The notes under the pieces are model-generated. The model made no database searches. It saw only the letters and a list, made by a program, of their open reading frames with translations, and was not told the DNA's origin. Positions 58,962 through 64,000 of a stretch of 64,000 nucleotides of DNA are shown here, piece by piece (the first letter of the stretch is position 1; each line of letters opens with the position of its first letter). Source of the stretch: a virus (lineage: Duplodnaviria > Caudoviricetes); IMG/VR virus record IMGVR_UViG_3300034106_004043. One strand, 5' to 3'. Made by a program: the position numbers and the translations under genes.

Positions 58962-61394
58962 TTAAGAAGAACAACCAAAACAATCAAATTCACTATTTTC
59001 AGGTTTGTCAGGTAGATTCATATAACTGTAATCAACCTTTGGTGGTTCAGGTGTTGGTTTTGGTTTGTTAATTTTTGATACGTCCATAGCCAAGTGTTTA
59101 GCTCCCGTTGAGATTGCTCTTGTTCTAACGTAATAACAAAGTGTTTTCAATCCTTTTTCCCATCCATAAAAATGTGATGATGAAATCTTTGACAATGTTG
59201 GGTTTGACATATAGATATTCATTGATTGTGATTGGTCAATGAACGGTGCTCTGTCAGCCGCCATTTCAATCAATGCCTTTTGTGAGATTTCCCAAATTGT
59301 TTTATACTTTTCAATCAGTCTTTCAATTCTCTTAACTTTAAAGTTATATCTTTTATCTTCAGGGTCCAAATAATTCAAGAAGTTAATTCCTTGAATTGAA
59401 CCTTCATTCATAATGATTTCATTCTTTAAGTCCTCAGACCAAATTCCAATCTTCTCAAAATCACTAATCAAATACTTGTTAACAATCATAATCTCACCAC
59501 CAATTACACGTCTGTTGAAAATTGCTGAATGAGCAGGTTCTGTCATTTCATATGACCCTGTAATCTTAGCTGAAGACGCTACAGGCATTTGAGCCGTAAA
59601 TAATGAGTTACAAACTCCGTATTTACTAACATTTTCTTTTAGTGTCCCCCAAGGCCATCTTCCTGATAACTCATCTTCTTTCAATCCCCACATATCAAAT
59701 TGGAATACCCCTTGTGACATTGGTGACCCTTCAAAGTGAGTGTATGGTTCATACTTACCATCTATACACAATCTGTTACTTTCAGTGATTGCTGCGAAAT
59801 AGATTGTTTCAAAAATCTCTTTATTTAATTTACGAGCCTCTTCAGATGTGAAGATGTAATCCATCAAATAGAATACATCCGCAAGTCCTTGAGTTCCAAT
59901 AGCAATTGCTCTTTGGTCTAATCCACCCTTATGACCTTTTTCAGTTGAATAACTATTAATGTTAACTACTTTATTTAATGCTCTAACAACCTTACGGGTT
60001 TCATCATACAACCCTTTAAAATCAAACTCACCATCTTTTACATAGTTCTTTAACACCATAGATGAAAGAGTACAGATTGCTGTAGTTTTCTCGTCAGTAT
60101 ACTGGTAAATCTCATTACAAAGATTTGATTGTTTGATTACACCAATGTTCTGATGGTTTGTCTTTCTATTAGCACTATCTTTAGAACATAAGTATGGAAC
60201 CCCTGTTTCAACTTGTGATTCAATAATCTTATTCCAAATTTCCTGAGCCTTAACTTTCTTACCAAGACCCATACTTACGGCTAATTTATAATTTTCTTCA
60301 TATTCATCACCGTAACTTTCTTGTAATGGTTTGATACCCGCCTTAATAATATCGTTAGGACAAAACAAATACCAATCGTTGTTGTTCTTAACTGCGTTCA
60401 TAAAGTTGTCAGGAATCCAAAGTGCTGTAAACAAATCACGAGCTCTTAATTCCTCAGCTCCTGTGTTCTTTTTAATTTCCAATAAGTCAAAGATATCTTT
60501 ATGCCAAGGTTCCAAGTAAATCGCTGCCGAACCAGGTCTACGTCCTTGTTGATTAAAGAAACGAAGTGACTCGTTAACAATCTTCAAATACTTTAATAAT
60601 CCACCAGCATATCCACCTGAAGATGAAATACGACTCTCCTTACTACGAATGTTAGACATTGATAATCCGATACCCGCAGCGTCAGATGAGTAGGTTGAGA
60701 TATCTCTCATGGTATTTAACAAACCTTCTCTTGAATCCGAATCATTATAATGAAGAACACAAGAAGCAAGTTGTGGTGTTTTAGTACCAGCATTAATCAT
60801 GATTGGTGTTGCCGGAGATATTCTTTGTGTTGATAACGCTTGGTAATACTCAACCGCCTCCTCAAATGTGTTAGTCACCCAAAGAGCAACTCTCATATAC
60901 ATATGTTGTGGACGTTCAACTACTTTACCTTCCGACAATTTTAAAAGATACATTTCAGCAAGTGACCTCCAAGCAAAATAATCAAAGTTATAATCATTAT
61001 CGTGATTGATAACTTCATCAATGTTAGAAGGTCCGTATTTTTCAATAGTCTCCATTAATTTTTCATTGATGATACCTTCACCATGTAACAAATGCATTGT
61101 GTTTGAAAAACTTGGGTCAGTTTCCTTATGGTAAGATGAAATAGCAACTGACGAAGCTAATCTTGAGTAATCGTGATGACTACCTGTAAATGCCGCAGCA
61201 ATTTCATAGATTAACTTATCTAATTCTTTTGTTGTAATAATACCTTCAGTTGGTACTGAAGTGATAACCTTAATAAAGATTTCATCGGAGTTGACACTCA
61301 ACCCCTTTGAAGCTCTTTTGATACGGTTATAAATTTTCTGTGGATTAAATGACGAATCATCTCCACTTCTTTTTTTAATTTTAAGTGACATCAT
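58962..61394 (-). CDS. nrdA: ribonucleotide reductase class Ia alpha subunit (ATP cone)
   Basis: N-terminal ATP cone, SPATP, SC, SNLCNEI, MPVASS and C-terminal YY and CxxC. Confidence 0.97.
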   Translation of the reverse strand: MMSLKIKKRSGDDSSFNPQKIYNRIKRASKGLSVNSDEIFIKVITSVPTEGIITTKELDKLIYEIAAAFTGSHHDYSRLASSVAISSYHKETDPSFSNTMHLLHGEGIINEKLMETIEKYGPSNIDEVINHDNDYNFDYFAWRSLAEMYLLKLSEGKVVERPQHMYMRVALWVTNTFEEAVEYYQALSTQRISPATPIMINAGTKTPQLASCVLHYNDSDSREGLLNTMRDISTYSSDAAGIGLSMSNIRSKESRISSSGGYAGGLLKYLKIVNESLRFFNQQGRRPGSAAIYLEPWHKDIFDLLEIKKNTGAEELRARDLFTALWIPDNFMNAVKNNNDWYLFCPNDIIKAGIKPLQESYGDEYEENYKLAVSMGLGKKVKAQEIWNKIIESQVETGVPYLCSKDSANRKTNHQNIGVIKQSNLCNEIYQYTDEKTTAICTLSSMVLKNYVKDGEFDFKGLYDETRKVVRALNKVVNINSYSTEKGHKGGLDQRAIAIGTQGLADVFYLMDYIFTSEEARKLNKEIFETIYFAAITESNRLCIDGKYEPYTHFEGSPMSQGVFQFDMWGLKEDELSGRWPWGTLKENVSKYGVCNSLFTAQMPVASSAKITGSYEMTEPAHSAIFNRRVIGGEIMIVNKYLISDFEKIGIWSEDLKNEIIMNEGSIQGINFLNYLDPEDKRYNFKVKRIERLIEKYKTIWEISQKALIEMAADRAPFIDQSQSMNIYMSNPTLSKISSSHFYGWEKGLKTLCYYVRTRAISTGAKHLAMDVSKINKPKPTPEPPKVDYSYMNLPDKPENSEFDCFGCSS

Positions 61395-61414
61395 AGTTCT
61401 ATATAAGTAATAAA

Positions 61415-62374
61415 TTAGAAATCGTCAGTAAAGGACAAAGTTTCATTTAATTTAGCCTTTTGGTATTCAACAGTTCTTGACTCAAAGAAATTACCTTTTG
61501 TTTCAACTGCGATTTGTTCCATAAATTTGAACGGTTGTTCAACATTAAATTGTTTTTTACATCCAAATTTTACTAATAATCCATCAACCACAAACTCAAG
61601 ATATTGTTTCATTAAATTTGAATTCATACCAATAAGTGAAACTGGTAGAGATTCAGTAATGAACTCTTTTTCAATCTCTAATGCTGACAATAGAATTTCT
61701 TTAATTCTTTTTTCACTCGGTTTGTTTTCAATGTGATTGTTTAATAAGTGAATTGCAAAGTCACAGTGTAGGTTTTCATCTTTGAAAATCAAAGCGTTAG
61801 CATTACACAATCCTTGCATAATACCTCTTGATTTCAACCAAAAGATAGAACAGAATGAACCTGAAAAGAAGATACCTTCTACCGCAGCAAACGCAACCAA
61901 TCTTTCTTGGAACGACGCATTTTCAATCCAATCCAAAGCCCATTTAGCCTTCTTCTGAACTGCAGGTAGGTTATCTAAAGCAGTAAAACATTTGTTCTTC
62001 TCATCTTCATTTGACACGTAAGTATCAATAAGAAGTGAGTACATTAGACTATGGATGTTTTCCATTGCTAACTGAATTCCGTAAAAGAATTTTGCCTCAG
62101 GATATTGTACTTCTCTGTAGAAATTCTCAGCCAAGTTTTCATTTACAATACCATCTGATGCTGCGAAAAACGATAAAATATTTTTTACAAAATACTGTTC
62201 ATTCTCTGATAAGTTTTCCCAATCACGTAGGTCACCACTTAAATCTATTTCTTCTGCCGTCCAAAACGCAGCTTGATGCATCTTATAATATTCCCAAATA
62301 TCGTTGTACTTGATTGGGAATATTACAAAACGATTTGGATTTTCTACTAAAATTTTTTCCATTTTTTGTTCCAT
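61415..62374 (-). CDS. nrdB: ribonucleotide reductase class Ia beta subunit
   Basis: [30 protein letters not shown] (radical Tyr), [14 protein letters not shown]. Confidence 0.97.
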   Translation of the reverse strand: MEQKMEKILVENPNRFVIFPIKYNDIWEYYKMHQAAFWTAEEIDLSGDLRDWENLSENEQYFVKNILSFFAASDGIVNENLAENFYREVQYPEAKFFYGIQLAMENIHSLMYSLLIDTYVSNEDEKNKCFTALDNLPAVQKKAKWALDWIENASFQERLVAFAAVEGIFFSGSFCSIFWLKSRGIMQGLCNANALIFKDENLHCDFAIHLLNNHIENKPSEKRIKEILLSALEIEKEFITESLPVSLIGMNSNLMKQYLEFVVDGLLVKFGCKKQFNVEQPFKFMEQIAVETKGNFFESRTVEYQKAKLNETLSFTDDF

Positions 62375-62387
62375 ATTGTTTTAATAA

Positions 62388-63758
62388 TTATACTGTTGTT
62401 TGTTTTCTTTTCTCCATAATTTCTTTAATTCTACTTCTATTTCTTTCTTCCTTCTGTTCTTCAAGTCCTAAGAATGTTGTAGTACTTTCTGTATCAATTT
62501 CTAACATTTCGTTATTGAACTTACAGTTTTCAAATACCACCCCGTCTTTACCAATTCTTGACTTTGTGATAGCAATCGTCGCAAGATTTAATTCTTTTTG
62601 TTGTAGTGACTTGGCTACCGTGATGATAACGTGTCCTACCTGAGCTTTCTTAATAGAACCACCCATTTGGTCAGTTGTAACCACATCAGATGAAATAGAA
62701 CTTCTATTACCCTGTGTTGCCGTCCAACCGGCAATATCCAATTCATGACACATTGACTCAAATGCTCTCATAACTGAACCTTCAGATTTCCATTCATCGT
62801 CCATCATCTTTTCAGGTGTTACACAATCAATATAATCCAAAATAACAACATCAATCCTTGTCCCGTCAGCAATCATCTTTCTAATCTGATTTTTAATCTG
62901 ATTCATCGTTAATGTATCCGAAGGTAACTTTTTCATAATCAACTTGTTTGGCATGGTTTCTTTAATCTCAGCGATTTTAGCCATAACCTTTTCTTTATGA
63001 TTACCAAGTTCGTCAGGTGCTATACCCGTCCAACACGTAAAATGTTTTCTCTGAATGATTTTATAGTTATCCTCAAAGAAGATTTGTAAAACATTAAACC
63101 CTAAATTAAAAGCGTGATTAGCAATCTTTGTGGTCAGTGTTGATTTACCAACACCAGTGGGTGCTAATATAACACCAATTTCTCCTTTTGCCAAACCACC
63201 TTTCAAAAGATTGTCAATACCCGGTATTCCCATAGGGATTGGATGTCTATAATCATCCGCTAATACCTCATCTAAGTCTTGAAACACATCTCCCGTTCCT
63301 CTATCCACGTTTCCAACCTGTAAAGCTCCTCTAACCATTTCTTCCAAGGTATCGTAGTTTTCAAACTCACCGTGGTCAATGATTTTCTTAGCTTTATCCA
63401 TAACTTTTTGAAGTTCTTGTTGTTTACAAAACTTCAAAGCCTTTTCCTGAACAAACTGAGTACCCTCTTCGGTAACATTCTGTATATCAGAAATAGTGTC
63501 AAGAGTTATCTTTAATAATAACTCCTGACTAATTTCACTCTTAGCTTTTTGTTGAATTGTCTCAAAACTAGGACTGTGTTCAAACTTTGAATAGTATTCT
63601 TTTACCATCTGAACAAATAATCTAAAGTATTTGTTTTCAAAATAAGTAGATTCTATCACCTCAATAATTGAGTGTGAAAAATCCTTATCAAGTATCATTT
63701 GATTAAGAAGTTGTAATTGGAAGGTCTCTCCCAAATAGTCAAAATTTTTGTCAGCCAT
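62388..63758 (-). CDS. DnaB-like replicative helicase
   Basis: Walker A APTGVGKST, VILDYID, WTATQGNR, KSRIG. Confidence 0.92.
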   Translation of the reverse strand: MADKNFDYLGETFQLQLLNQMILDKDFSHSIIEVIESTYFENKYFRLFVQMVKEYYSKFEHSPSFETIQQKAKSEISQELLLKITLDTISDIQNVTEEGTQFVQEKALKFCKQQELQKVMDKAKKIIDHGEFENYDTLEEMVRGALQVGNVDRGTGDVFQDLDEVLADDYRHPIPMGIPGIDNLLKGGLAKGEIGVILAPTGVGKSTLTTKIANHAFNLGFNVLQIFFEDNYKIIQRKHFTCWTGIAPDELGNHKEKVMAKIAEIKETMPNKLIMKKLPSDTLTMNQIKNQIRKMIADGTRIDVVILDYIDCVTPEKMMDDEWKSEGSVMRAFESMCHELDIAGWTATQGNRSSISSDVVTTDQMGGSIKKAQVGHVIITVAKSLQQKELNLATIAITKSRIGKDGVVFENCKFNNEMLEIDTESTTTFLGLEEQKEERNRSRIKEIMEKRKQTTV

Positions 63759-63776
63759 ATTATGTTTGTTTTTAGA

Positions 63777-63783
63777 ATAAATA
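63777..63783 (-). promoter_or_regulatory. TATTTAT motif upstream of the helicase
   Basis: 18 nt upstream of ATG 63758. Confidence 0.35.
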
Positions 63784-63999
63784 TCAACGAGCCAGCTGAT
63801 AACCCATGTATTCGTGTGTTAAATTTCTAGATGACAACACGTCAGTAAGACCAAAAAGGATACCTTTTAGGAACGGGCGTATGTCTACGGTGTATCTCAC
63901 CTTCGGTGGATAAAGTTTAGCATCAAACGTATAATGACACATTGTCGTATCACCATTTTTGATATAGATGTTAAACGACTCAGGTCCATCAGTGAATGA
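63784..63999 (-). CDS. 3' end of a hypothetical protein (5' end outside the window)
   Basis: Open frame ...SFTDGPESFNIYIK...KVRYTVDIRPFLKGILFGLTDVLSSRNLTHEYMGYQLAR* with TGA at 63786-63784. Confidence 0.7.
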   Translation of the reverse strand, partial: SFTDGPESFNIYIKNGDTTMCHYTFDAKLYPPKVRYTVDIRPFLKGILFGLTDVLSSRNLTHEYMGYQLAR

Positions 64000-64000
64000 T

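Noticed and set aside
30314-62374. Eukaryotic giant-virus origin, suggested by GT60, collagen-like repeats and eukaryote-like nrdAB
   Set aside because: The gp25 and gp6-like baseplate genes, DnaG-type primase, overlapping operons, intrinsic terminators and a Bacteroidota promoter indicate a tailed bacteriophage.
58962-63758. Introns or inteins in nrdA, nrdB or the helicase
   Set aside because: The ORFs are continuous, of normal length, and show no intein motifs.
1-64000. Stop-codon reassignment
   Set aside because: Genes are full length and densely packed in code 11; TAA, TAG (536) and TGA (63784) all act as stops.

Overview
A 64-kb piece of an AT-rich large tailed (myovirus-like) phage genome; the probable host is Bacteroidota. 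Support for the host is a perfect TTTG-N19-TAnnTTTG promoter, SprB-like repeats and A-rich leaders with no clear Shine-Dalgarno. Almost all real genes are on the minus strand. Replication and nucleotide genes flank the window: a DnaB-like helicase and nrdB/nrdA on the right; a RuvC-like resolvase, primase, PD-(D/E)XK exonuclease and a partial MamI-like nuclease on the left. Between them lies about 55 kb of virion genes. These start with a gp25-like protein and baseplate wedge proteins, followed by many modular fibre/adhesin proteins (SprB, LamG, PA14, C1q/BclA-like, LRR, YVTN propeller, gp38-like Gly-rich) joined by Thr-Pro mucin-like linkers. The main candidate system has two parts. One is a 4,135-aa protein with about 1,250 proline-free Gly-X-Y (X,Y = Ser/Thr) triplets, roughly 1.1 micrometre if triple-helical. 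The other is a nearby four-gene glycosyltransferase operon led by a GT60 (Gnt1/OGNT-type) polypeptide GlcNAc transferase. Together they suggest phage-encoded O-glycosylation of collagen- and mucin-like virion fibres. All family calls come from motif recognition by eye; no database searches were run.
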